DNA of 64,000 nt from Monocercomonoides exilis PA203. Taxonomy: Eukaryota > Protista > Preaxostyla. The notes under the pieces are model-generated. The model was given only the letters and a program-made list of their open reading frames with translations. It was not told the origin of the DNA and did not search any database. The stretch lies in the NCBI GenBank assembly GCA_001643675.2, contig LSRY02000028.1:992001-1056000 (forward strand), written 5' to 3'. The position numbers and the translations under genes are program-made. Position 1 is the first letter of the stretch, and every line of letters begins with the position of its first letter. This document shows, one piece after another, positions 13,684-25,763 of the stretch.

Positions 13684-16600
13684 TTACAAATCTCTGGTTA
13701 CAACTGCACGCGAAGCAAACACTAAAATAACAGGAGGAATGCCGTCTGTGAGTTTTGTCAGCATGCGAGTGTACTCCTCCGCTCTTTCTCTCATCATCTC
13801 TTCTGTTGACTTCTTTTGATAAGTCTTCGCTCTCAGTGGAATGCTCACTTTCTCATTATGTGATTCCACAATGCGTTTGGGTCTTCTTGCTGTAGTCTGA
13901 ACACCACTCTGGTTCAGAAGCCTTCGTTTGTCGTTCTCGGGAAATGTGTTAAGGAAAGAGTAGAAAGTTGAAGATGCTGTGCGTGACTCCATCAATGAAG
14001 AAGGTGGAATGCGAGCATCCAAAGGGAGGAAGCAGAGTTTTGTGTCTGAAGAATGCCTACGGATTGTGCGGCTCATCAGCGACACGTATGTTTCAGATGT
14101 CTGTGATGGTATCTCTCTTTGAACACGCTGAGAAGATGAATTGTGCAAAGGGCTTGCTTTGAATGAATCTCCATTCTGTTTTTGTGAATCATTTCCTTCC
14201 ATTTCGAATCTGTTGTGAAGTGCCTTTTCTCTGTCTGCAGACTGATAACTAAGCTTGGGGAACCATCCGCCAATGTCTTTTCCGTGCTCGTTGCGTGGCT
14301 TTTCCAGCGCAACAACATCGACCTCTGCAATAATTCTCAGATTCTGCAGCAGAAGACGCAATCTTTCCCACTCTCTGCTCTTCTTGTTCTCTGCACTTTC
14401 AGCATTCTCAACAATAAGGCGTGCTCGGAGTTTGTATTGCTGCCAGTGCTTCTGCCGCGACAAAATATGGCCGAAGAGAAGCGCCATCGAGGACGAAGAG
14501 TCGAATGATCTGTCATTTGCACCCCCAGAAGATTTTGAAGAGTTGCTCTCGTTCTCATCCTCTGGAAGCAGAGCGATTGGAGATAGCCAAACATCAATGT
14601 AGCGTTTTTCTTCAACGTCTGCTGAAGGATTCGAAGATGAAAAAGTGTCTTGGCCTTCGCTTTTTCCTTTTTCATCAGAAGTCATTCCATCCTTTTTTGC
14701 CGTGAACAGTCCTGCAATCTTTCCAAATATGCCAGATTTCTGTTTCTTTGGCCATTGAAATGTGTCGAAGTGTCTGAAAAGCAGAAAGTGATGCCCAGCA
14801 CACACAACATCACGTAAAGTGCCAACATACTCCTGAACATCTGACCACGAGACGAATGTGGACGGTGTCAGTTCAGTCTCTTTGCCGTCTCCAGCATCAG
14901 GATGAGCAGCAGTTGAAGATTGGATTGGGGGCATTGGAACAGCAAATGCATCTTTCAGCTGATAGAAGCGGAACACACAAGTGTTTGTTTTCATTCCTCC
15001 TATTCCCTGTGACAATATCAATGACTGCACACCTCCTCTGAATGATCTTGCAGCCACAACACACGGAAAGGCCTTCAGTCCCCTCTGTGCAATCGATCTC
15101 TGCATCAAAAGAGTTGACTCTTCCACCTGCCTCATAACATCTGTGTTCAAGCATGGCGTCTCATCTTCTTCAATCTCCTCCATGTCACTCTCTTCATCGA
15201 AGTCATCATCTTCTTCTTCATTCTCCTCATCTTCATCTTCATCATCTTCATCTTGTTTGATGATCTCACCATTTTCAATTCTTCTCCTCTTTCTTGCTCT
15301 TTCTGCACGCTTTTTCGCCTTTGTGTATTTGCTTATCCACGAATTTCTGGTCACATATTCACCTTCATCTCTGATGATCACATTTGCCAACACCAGCAAC
15401 CCTCCTTTCTTCAAGTCATTACAAATATTCAGTGTCATTCTACCAGAGTTGTTTGAACCAAAATACTCGCTTTTATCCGACTGTCTCACTTTCAGGAGTG
15501 TCTCGTCTCCTTCATCATCCTCTGCTTCTTCATCAAGTCCAGCAAGCGAAGCTGCCGATGGTGATGAAAGCAGCAGCTGGACAGATGAGGTGAATGTTCC
15601 GCGGGTGAGTGGCACAAGAAGTTCAGACGACGATGCATGTTTTGCAGGTGCTGCATTTTCTCCTTCAAATCCTGATCCTGCTTCAACTTGGGGGTTTTTC
15701 TTGGACATCACAATTTTGTTCTTTTCTGGTGGTGGCAGTCCAAAACCATGAGGATTTGTGAGTGTGACGAATGGAGGCAGATTGTCATTTGTCAGTGCGA
15801 TGTCATCATTGCTGCCTCGAATAGACCCGCCGCTCCATCCACCAGAAGCACCAGAAGTCTGCCCAGAACCAGCCCCAGAAGCGCCCTGTTTTGACTCAAA
15901 CGAGCAAAAAAAGAGCAGATTGGGTCTCCAATATTTGATGTGCTTTTGCTTGGGGTCAAGTGCCAGTAGCTGCCGCCTTGCGCTGTGGAAGACGTATGAC
16001 TGGCTGACCTGCCCCCAGTCATGCACACTCCCTCTGTGCACCCACGTCAATATGAGCCAAAAGCCTGTGCCAATTCCCACACAAGCTGCGCCAATCACTG
16101 GCGATACAGTGAACATCCCAACAGCACATAGAATGGCTCCGCAGAGAGAAGCAGTCGGCGAGTTGGCTTTGAACGAAGAACGCCAGTTTGGTGCGCCGAT
16201 GAGGGTGTGGATTAAGCAGGAGACGTTGACCAGAAGATAGGCACCGAGATTAGTAGCAGCGCCTAGCTCAACGACTGTGTCCAGATTGCCTGCAAATGGA
16301 AGAACAATGAGAAGAAGAAGGATCAGCGCAGAGACAACCAAAACTGAGCGATGTGGAGAGGGAGGAAGAGCACCTGAGTGTGCTTTCTTGGACTGCAGCG
16401 CAAGCTGAGAAGAAGTGGAGGATGAGGAAGATGTGCCGTTTTGTCCGTCTTTCTGCGAGCGATTCGGGTGAGTGAATGAAAAGTTGGATTCGCTGGCAGA
16501 AGGAGGATGGGCAAGGTATGAAGTGGAGATGGGCAGAGGATAGAAAGACGTTGCAGCATATTCAGAGGCGGTGGATGTGGAAGAATATGAGCGTGGAGAG

Positions 16601-18427
16601 TCGAGTGAATCGTATGATGAGCCTGAGGAAGAAGGGGATGTGGTTGATGGTGCTTGGCGTTTGGCTATCCAACTCATCCAGGAAAAAACCTTTTCATGAA
16701 GTGTGGTTGAGTTATGTGGAGTTCGAAAAAAAAAGAAAGTGGATTTTGGAAATGTAGTAAAAAATGCAAATTAAAAGTGAAGAGAAATAAGTTTTATAGC
16801 GATGAATAAGCCAATGAAAATAACTAATTTCAATGCAGACCTTATCATCAGCCATCATAAACAGGACTCGAGCAGCAGAAATAAGATGGCCAATGGCACT
16901 TGACAGGAAGAGGAGCGCAACGAGAGGATAGACAACTGGAGGGAAAGTAAGGCGAAGCAAGATGAAAGGGTCTGAAGAAAGAGATCTTGCGGGAATGCGG
17001 AAGGACATAACAATGCCAGTCACGATATAGATAAGAGTCGCTATCAGAACTGAAATGAGTGTTCCTGTTTGAAATAAAATGCACCAAATAAAAGAAGAAT
17101 ATATTGGAGTTTAATGAAAATGAAGAAAGATAGAAAGACAAAAAAGCAAAAGTTATAATTGTGTTCCGTTTCTTTAAACTTTATATGTTTAATTTAACAC
17201 ATAGAATTTCACAACAACTCAATCGACAATATTTATTTTTTTATCTTTTCTTTCTTTTATGCAGACCGTAAGGAATATTGAAAGTGGGATTTGCGATGTG
17301 TTGTGCGACGTTCAGTGGTGTGAAGAGCTGCGTAAACAGAGGCAACGTCCAGCTGACAAGTATCATAACATTGACATTGGCACTGAAATGGGGAAGTGAG
17401 CTATGGCCAAACAAATTTGAGTTCCATTCTTCTAATCTCAAATTTGTCTCTTCTCCGCTTGGAGTAACGCCTATAACATTCTTTGCGTCACAGAGTATCA
17501 GCCAAACTTATGTAAATAACAAAAAAAATATAAAAAAAAATATTTGAAGATTATCAAAAATGCAATGAATATGAAATTAAAAAAGGGGAAAAAATCAATA
17601 CAATTTATAAAAAGAACTGTTGCTAAAGAAACGCAAAATGTGATGATTGTTCCCTTTGTAAATAGCTTTGTTCCATAAATTGCAAATAAGATACAGACAA
17701 AAAGGATTGCTGCCTGTATCCCAAGAATCATCCAGTAATATTTATTTTCATCCATAGAAGGATAAGTCAATCGCAATTGAGCAAAGCAGCTTTGTAATAA
17801 ATCAGTCATTCCAATGAGGTTCATCGCACACGAACATGCTAAAGAAAATATCAATGCAAATCCAAAGATTCCACCAAATTCGATTCCTTTTCAAAATAAT
17901 TTTTTTGTTAAAAAGAATTAAAAACAAAAACTAATCAAACCTAGTGTTCTTGAAAGTAGATAATAGGCTCCGCCTCCTTTAAGCTTTTCGTAAAAAGTGA
18001 AATTATTTCCAAAAGATTTGCAAAACAGATTTTCAAACTTCTCCTGTTCCAAGAATTTGTCCAATTGACAGAGTCGTGAATAAATCAAGCAATATGCATA
18101 ACAAAAATATTCCCAGTAGTAGGAATATTCCTCCATTTCCAACCATATAACTTTTCAAATTGATGGATTATGAATTCATTTTAGAAAATGAAGAAATGGC
18201 TTATCAAACCCGAATCTTTCGAAATACATCACATCTTTAAAAATAACAATTAAAAAATCATTTCAACCGATTTAAATAAAATTCACAAACTTATCAGCTT
18301 TGTCAATGTTAAAACAATTACTCCAGTTGCCATTCCCCGCTTTTTTGGACGAATCTTTTTTTGATACTATAAATCGATATTATATTCGCCACTTTAATTT
18401 AGATAATTTTTTACAAACATTTTTCAT
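13684..18427 (-). CDS. Cation-chloride cotransporter family protein (SLC12A9/CIP1-like), multi-exon, divergent
   Basis: Family motifs: GGGAYYLLSRTLG, HIKYWRPNLLFF, NDLKKGGLLVLANV, GIGGMKTNTCVFRFY, YIDVW and C-terminal PPVILVFASRAVVTRDL*. The 5' TM exons at 16840-18427 were reconstructed via GT-AG introns, starting ATG AAA AAT|GTTTG at 18427. Confidence 0.85.
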
Positions 18428-18890
18428 TTTTTGCTATTCATATGCTGAAATATGGGATTTAATTTTTGACATAATCATGATTTTCTTTAATAAAAATCAT
18501 ATAATTTAAGTTCGAAAGAAATTAATGCATGCACAAAACGAAATTTTATTATTTAAACGAAAACAAATATTTTTGAAAGCAAAGATTTGTTTTTTTTTTC
18601 TTGGATGATTGATAGTAAAAAATGAGAATCAATTATAGATTGTGTAATTGACAATTGCATTTTTAAAAAAAATTAACTACGTTTGTGTTTAGACAAATTT
18701 AATCTTTTATAAAAAAAATATAACTCCATTTTTTTACGACTTTTCAAATCTTTCTTTTTTGTTTCATTTTTGGAAAACTTGTTTGACTCGAAAATATTTA
18801 AAAGAAGATTGACTGTTACAAAAAAATGACATACGAGGATTTTAGATAAAATGAAAATATTGACGTCAACGGAATTTCCAAAAAAAATAA

Positions 18891-19022
18891 TTCATTTTTA
18901 TTTTTATTTTTATTTTTTTATTTTTTATTTTTTATTTTTTATTTTATTTTTTTTATTTTTTTATTTTTTATTTTATTTTATTTTATTTTATTTTATTTTA
19001 TTTTATTTTATTTTTTTTTTTT
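18891..19022. repeat. (T4-6A)n microsatellite
   Basis: Directly visible TTTTTA/TTTTA tandem run ending in poly-T. Confidence 0.9.
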
Positions 19023-19709
19023 AACTTTTAGGAGTGAAGAAAAAAAATTTTTTCCATGCTGATGATTATTTTTGAAATCACAACTTTTTTTGGAGTGTGA
19101 ATTTTTCATATATGGCAAAATTTTTTTGAAAAGTGACATCAGATCAAAAATTTGACCCATGGAAGTTAATTTTTTAAACACTCCGTTTCCATAATTCTAA
19201 TTAGAAAAACTAACTTTCTCCACAGTTGTTGTTAGTTCATTGCAAACTTTTTTTATGAAAAAAAATATTTTGAATCAAAAAATTATATATTCTGTTATGT
19301 GATCAAAATTAAAATAGCTTTTGAACAATGAATATGCTTTATCTTTCCTTAGTCCGTGTTGGAATAACTGAGTTTGAAATTGTTCAAGGTTTTTTTAATT
19401 CAATTTTTATTGAAAATTTAATCTTCTGTTGATGATTCTTATTTTTATTTGAACTGAAATCTTCAATGCCCAGAACGAAAAATTTCATTTCATTCTCCAA
19501 TTATTGCTTAAACATGTTCAAGAAAGCAATGAATATACAAAGATGAATGGTTTGCTGTTTTATTTTGTGTTGTGTTATTTATTCTTTATTTTTCAATTCT
19601 TTCTTTCAGTGTTGATAAAAAATTTGCAACAGAGCAGCATTTCCTTGAAATGAAAAGATAAAGGAATATATCCTTTAAATGCGAAAGCCTTTGAAAAATG
19701 AAGAAGCAC

Positions 19710-21055
19710 TATTTCGAATGACAGAGGTCATTATAAGCTTTATATAAAAAATAGTTCCTCCTAAGATGGATAAAAGAGAGTCCATATTTCCTGATCTCCT
19801 CTTCATTAAGAACAAACATACCCAAATGTGGAAAGGGCATTTTTGTTATTTCACCAAATCTGGAAGGAACTGCAAAGCTACAAAATATAACATGTATCAC
19901 AGCCTCTTTGGACTCTTTTTATAGGGTGAGAGGATACGACAACGTAAATACGAGTGTAGCCATCCTTCTGTGCATCAATCTCTTCAACCCGGAAGAAATC
20001 TTGTGAGCAACATGGAGGAATATGATCATTCACGCTGTGGAATTGTTCAATTCCCTTGTTTGACAATGAAACACTCCGTTAAACGTCAAACTGGAACAAA
20101 GATAGTTGTTGTGAGTGGAATGATTTCGATGAGCGATGAATTGGCCTTCTCTGATCAAAATCATGAAATCCGAGGAAATGACGAGCTGAGTGGTTGGACA
20201 GTCTCTGATTCAAGTTCATCGTTAAACTCTGCGATGACAACAGCAAGAACTGAAACAGAATTATCACAACATTTCTTTTCTTTTCCTTCTTCGCCTTCTT
20301 CACCGTCCCAAATAACCATTTTCTGAATTTTCAATATTTTGATCATCAAGTCAGAATGGATTGTTTGTTTCACAGAAAAGTTGAACACTATTTTCTCCAG
20401 ATCTGTATACAGCTCTCCCAGTTCCTATATTTCACAGTCATTATTATCGGATATTCCCACCAATTCACATGTATGCCAAATAACCAGCCTATTTTACGCT
20501 AATGTCTCCTCTGCGTTTGTTTTTTTCTCAATTTACACACCTGATGAATCTTCTCACATAAAATTTTATTCATTTTCATCAAACAAAATCCACCTTTTTA
20601 AAAATCTTCTTTTTCCTCTTCTTCATCTTCATTATACTCTGGAAATTCCTTCAACAAGCGCTAACTCTTTTCGCGCCTAATCTCGACAAGCTGTTACTCA
20701 ATATCAAGCAGGCGAAGTGAAAGCGGAAGAAGTCCAAAGAATATCAATGTCTGCACGAGACGAGGAAAAGACAATGAAAATGGATGATAATTGAAGAGCC
20801 ATTGAGGGGGAACATTTTGGGCATCTTTGTGGAAGCATATGTTCTGATCGAGAGCATTTATGAGGGCAAAGATGCACTTGAAGTTCAGAAGGATTATAAG
20901 AAACAGAAACTTTAAAGGAGAATGGAAAAAGTGTTGAGACAAGAAAAATATGAGGAGCTGGAGGAGGATGTTGAAAAGCAACATTAGCAATTCCAGGTGA
21001 TGGTTGACTGCATGCAGACAGACAACGTCACAAGCATCCACATCCACAATCATGT
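19710..21055 (-). pseudogene. Decayed DNA-transposase relic, probably Sola-like DDD/E type
   Basis: Stop- and frameshift-ridden fragments in the expected order: CGCGC; LGELYTDLEKIVFNFSV; MVIWDGEEG..KKCCDNSVSVL (cf. YxWxExxgxRGSNEIxSxL); IEQFHSVNDHIPPCCSQDFFRVEE..DGYT (cf. IEHKFLVxGHxxxxCDxDFGxIE..xYTP). Based on recalled consensus, no search run. Confidence 0.45.
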
Positions 21056-24002
21056 TCGTTTTCTCTTTTTGGAGAGCATGAACTGCCTTCTTCTCTACAC
21101 TTTACACTATCTCCACAAAATTTGATTCCAATGATAATTCACACCTTAAAGAAGATATTATTTGCTTCTCAATTTGCTGCATCCTTATAAGCAAACTCAG
21201 TCGCTCGTTCGTCTTCCACTTCTTCTTTTTCTAATTTATGAACACCTTCTTCGTCTTCTTTCCATCGAATTCTTCTTCATTCTATCCTTCTTCTTCGCCT
21301 TCACTATCTCGAGTTAAATTTGCATCACCGCAGAATCCCTCGTCTTCACAAACATCAGTATCATCTTCTTCGTATAAAGTTTAATCTCTTCTTTTCTATC
21401 TTGCTCGACAGCTTCAAACTTTATTCCTCTTTGTTTGCCAAATCCGTATTAATTGACATGTGGTTTTTTCTTGCTTCAACAAGGGCGGAGCCTTGTTATT
21501 CATCCATTACAAAAACATTTGTTGAACAGTACGAAATCTCAGTATTTATCTCCATCTCTTTTACAATTATCCTTGAAAATCTGATCACAAATTCAAAGGA
21601 ATATTAAATTAACTTCACTCACACTTTCGTTTTTCTTCCTCACACTCTTCTCGCTCGTTCCATCCAGTAAGTTTAACCTCCAATGCGATAGAGCTGCATC
21701 TTCGATCATCATCCGCTCCACCTCAAGCACCTTCTCAACAACCTCCCTCACTTCAACCCCTCACACTATCACTTCCTTTTCACGCTTCACCTTACACGCG
21801 CCTCAATATTGACTGAAGGGATTTTAGACGCGTTATCGTTTTCGGCAATAGCGACGAGATAAGCAGTTCTTTGATTGACGGAAGCGCATTTATATCCGCT
21901 TCATGAAAGATCAGCTTGATCCCCGACTTTGTGCTCACCGACACCGCAAGAGAAAAAAGCTTCTCCACCAGCTGAACAAAAAGCATCACCGAAAGCACCA
22001 CATAAGAGGTTCACACAACACCCCCATTCTGCACCGTCCTCCGCTCCACAACATATCCCTCGAACTATATGTTGCACCCACAGCGATGGAAGGAGCAGCA
22101 ACAGCATTAGCATGTACCGCGCATATACCCCAGCAGCCTCAGGCACCATTGACCGCAGCCGCCACTCGATGTCATCCATCGCTGCATCCGACGTGTATGA
22201 CGCAGCCACCGCCGAGGCATTTGAATGGAAAATTGCAGGAGCTGATGATGAATGTGATAACTTCCAATCCCCTGTCGAATCTTCTTTTCACTTCACAGCA
22301 TCCGGAATTGCGAAAAAGACAATCACGCTGCTGTAGAAAAAATGTCAGAGCGAAGAGACGACTTCACAAAACAACTACATATGAAAAGGAAAATTAATCA
22401 GATGAGTAAATCTTCTATTTTCATTCAATATCGAAAAAATTAAACTGAATATCTTTTGAAAATACAAAAAATGATATGAAAAATCGAAGAGAAATGCACA
22501 TGCTGAAATGAAATAAACTTGATTACAACTAACTGTTTTATTCTCAACATGTGAATAGAATCCATTTTTGAGTTATTAATAAATGAACAATTTTTTTGAA
22601 AATTTTCGTCACCCTTCATGTTTTTATTAATACATTAATAACTGCTCTTTGAAAACAATATTTTTGAATAGCTTTCAATTATAGCAAGCATTGTTTCAAT
22701 GAAATTTCCCCAAATAACAATTTCTAACGAAAAATACTCCCATTTAAGCAAATTTAAATTTAATTAACATGTTACAAAGAAATATATTAATAACAAAATA
22801 AATGTTCCAAAAATCAAAATGAATTTTCAGTTTGATGATATGAAAATGAAGTAATTATAACTAATAATATATTTTCATCAAATAGCTTTAAAATAACAAT
22901 TTTAAAAAGAAAATATAAAAAATTGCGAAACGTTAAAAAAGTATTTGTATTGTTCAAATTAAATATTTGTTGATGAGAGCAAAAAAAGATAACACAATAA
23001 AAAACAATATATGAAATGGGAACGGAATGATCGAAATCTTGTGATCTTTTTTGATCTTTTGTGGGACAAAATTAAAGTCATGGAACTTTTCAAAAAAATT
23101 TTGCCATATTATATTTTATCAGAAAGGAATTATAAAATAAAAATAAAAAAAGAATAGTAATTGTTCGAGATTATGATGTTGAAAATTTCATTCATGAAAA
23201 ATTAAACTTTTTAAAAAAAGTATAACTTTTCCGAGTGGTTTTTATTTAATTCAAAGCGAATTCAAAAACTGAAAATTTCGATGGATATAATACGGATTTT
23301 AAAAATAATCCCCAAAGTATTTGCGTTTTTTTTTTTTTTTTTTTTTTTTTTGAAATCATAACTTTTTCCAGTGTTGAAAATTCCAAGGTTTTCGGACATT
23401 CGCGAAATTTTTTTATCAAAAAGTTGAATTCATATCAACTGAACAAAAGCCAAAGATGAAGATGAAAAAATATCAGAGATGTTGTTTAAATGATAAAAAG
23501 GTTTTCTTTATTCATTAATATGGGTGATAATATTTAAAATAATAACCTTTTTCTGGATATTGATTTTTCGAATGTTGTTTATCATAGGGAAGATATTTTG
23601 TATCAAAATTGAAAAATAATCACAAATGGGGCAAAATATTTTGCTTCAAGCATTTTCATTGAAAAATTATGCACTTTTCATTGACTTTTTCACATCAAAA
23701 AACACAATAAAAATTGATCCAATTTTTGATATTCGTGAAATGTTGGAAAACATTATGTTTTGATTTCAACGATACTTGTTTACAGATATGAAAATCAAAA
23801 TTTTAAAGAAATCTGAGAAAGCGAAATAAAGTTATGAGCGAAACAATTTTTTGTGCTTTGTGCAAAAAAAGCTTGCAAGTCAGTATTTTTTCCCAATTCT
23901 TTTTGAAAAAACTTGACCAACTTTATCAAAGACTCCAATTGAATCACACAGCATAAAAATATATTCTGGTGGTTGTTTTTCATACTATATTATTTTATTC
24001 AT

Positions 24003-24213
24003 ATGGCTGTTTCTTTTTGAAATTATCCTTTCGTTCGAGTTTTGATCAATATTTTTATCTCAATGGGATTTTTATCAAAATTTGTTTTTGCAATAACAAT
24101 ATCATGAACAATATGTATCAACAGTTATAGTTCATTTCCTTTTTGAATCCCAATGAGAACAAAATTTTGATCAAAACTCGAATTAAAGGCTGATTTCAAA
24201 AAGGATCACCATT
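24003..24213. mobile_element. MITE-like element / palindrome with ~68-bp imperfect inverted arms
   Basis: Left arm atggctgtttctttttgaaattatcctttcgttcgagttttgatcaatatttttatctcaatgggatt matches the reverse complement of the right arm, aatggtgatcctttttgaaatcagcctttaattcgagttttgatcaaaattttgttctcattgggatt. Confidence 0.65.
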
Positions 24214-24329
24214 ACAGTCTAAACCGGAAATAATCACGTCGAATATAATCACATTCGTTTATTGTTTCATTTTTCGATGAACTGACATTTTTTACTTGTT
24301 TCTCATTCATTTTTCATCGCATATAATCA

Positions 24330-24615
24330 CAGGGCTGTAAATATATGGGTAATTATTTTTGAAATCATAACTTTTTTCGGTGTGTTTATTTTTCAAAGGT
24401 TGTTTGTCATTGGGAAGAGTTTTTGTATTTTATATATGTTTTTATCACAACTGTATTAAGAATTAATGTTTTACTCAAATTAAGATACAGATTTTTTTAA
24501 AATAAGCCTTTTCACTTTTCATCATTCTTTTGTTGATATAAAGTGAAGATTTTCGAACCGAAAATTTTGAAAGAACAAATATGATTTCAATAATAATCAC
24601 CAAAATTTAAACCCT
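24330..24615. mobile_element. Second MITE-like element of the same repeat family, with degenerate (C)AGGG...CCCT ends
   Basis: Left end agggctgtaaatatatgggtaattatttttgaaatcat; reverse complement of the right end agggtttaaattttggtgattattattgaaatcat. The left ~105 bp also resembles 23521-23628. Confidence 0.55.
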
Positions 24616-25763
24616 TTGGCACATGTTATTTTGTTCGACCGACACGATAAACTCTTGTCGCAGATGTCGCAAAAGTTCAAAAGAATAAAAAAGATTCGAA
24701 AATAAAATTATTATTCAAAATTTGAGTACATGGGACGATATTTTTCACTTTATGAATTTTGTTCCATTCAGAGTTTCCGAACAAATTTCTCATTTTTCAA
24801 AAGTTTCAAAACATTTTTGGATGAGAATGTTTGACTTGTTATGATATGAAAGTGGGTTAATCACAACTTTAAGCAACATTCAGAAACTCGTTTTTTATCG
24901 GATTTTTTGGGATAGAATGATTTTACATCAAAAAATAAAACATGCAAGGGGTGAATTTTCCATTTTTAGAATACTTTTTTTCAAAGAAAAAAATCAAATT
25001 TTCGAAAATATTATGGTCATGATCAAACTAATTTCAAAAATTGAAATTTGAAAACTGAACGATTTTATGAAAATTTTAAGTTTGGTCCAAATTGATTTGT
25101 TAGTAAAAATCTTTCCATTCAAATTAAGTGAATTAAAGATGTTTGAAGTTCATAAATGAATGTTTTGTTGGTTTTAAAGGAATAAAATGAAGTGAAAATG
25201 AACTTCTCGGGTTTCGTTCTGCTTTAGTGTTTTCCTTCGAATCGAAATACTAGGTTAAAGGTTTGCATTTTATTTTTTGTTCATATTTTTATTAATAGGG
25301 TTAGGGTTATAATCTGAAAATCACTTTTTCACACACAAAAAACGTGTGTTTCAATGATTGCACAAAATGTTAAAAAAAAAAAATAAATATTTGAATAAAT
25401 TGCAAACTTTTCTTTCATTCTTCATTAAAATAAAAAAAAAAGCTTAGAATTATATAAAATTTATTAAAATAATTCTTTAAAAAAGTTGATTTTGATTTTT
25501 ATTTTAAGGAATAAGTTTGATCATTTCCATAATATTTTCGAAAATTTGATTTTTTTCATTGAAAAAAAAGAATTCTAAAAATGGGAAATTCACCACTTGC
25601 ATGTTTAACAATATCATGTTAAATCATTCTATTACAAAAAATCTTAAAAAAAAACTAGTTTCTGAATGTTACTAAAAGTTGTGACTTGCCTGAAAGTGAA
25701 AAAAGTTTGGAACAAATCGTTGTTTTTTTCATAAAAGCAAGAGTTTTGTCTCGCATATAATAA

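Noticed and set aside
25296-25309. TAGGGTTAGGGTTA telomere-like repeat
   Set aside because: Only about 2 units; too short to call an interstitial telomere.
22400-25700. CRISPR-like array or structured ncRNA in the AT-rich spacer
   Set aside because: The repeats are degenerate, irregularly spaced and in both orientations, with no constant repeat-spacer period. No tRNA or rRNA signature was seen anywhere in the window.
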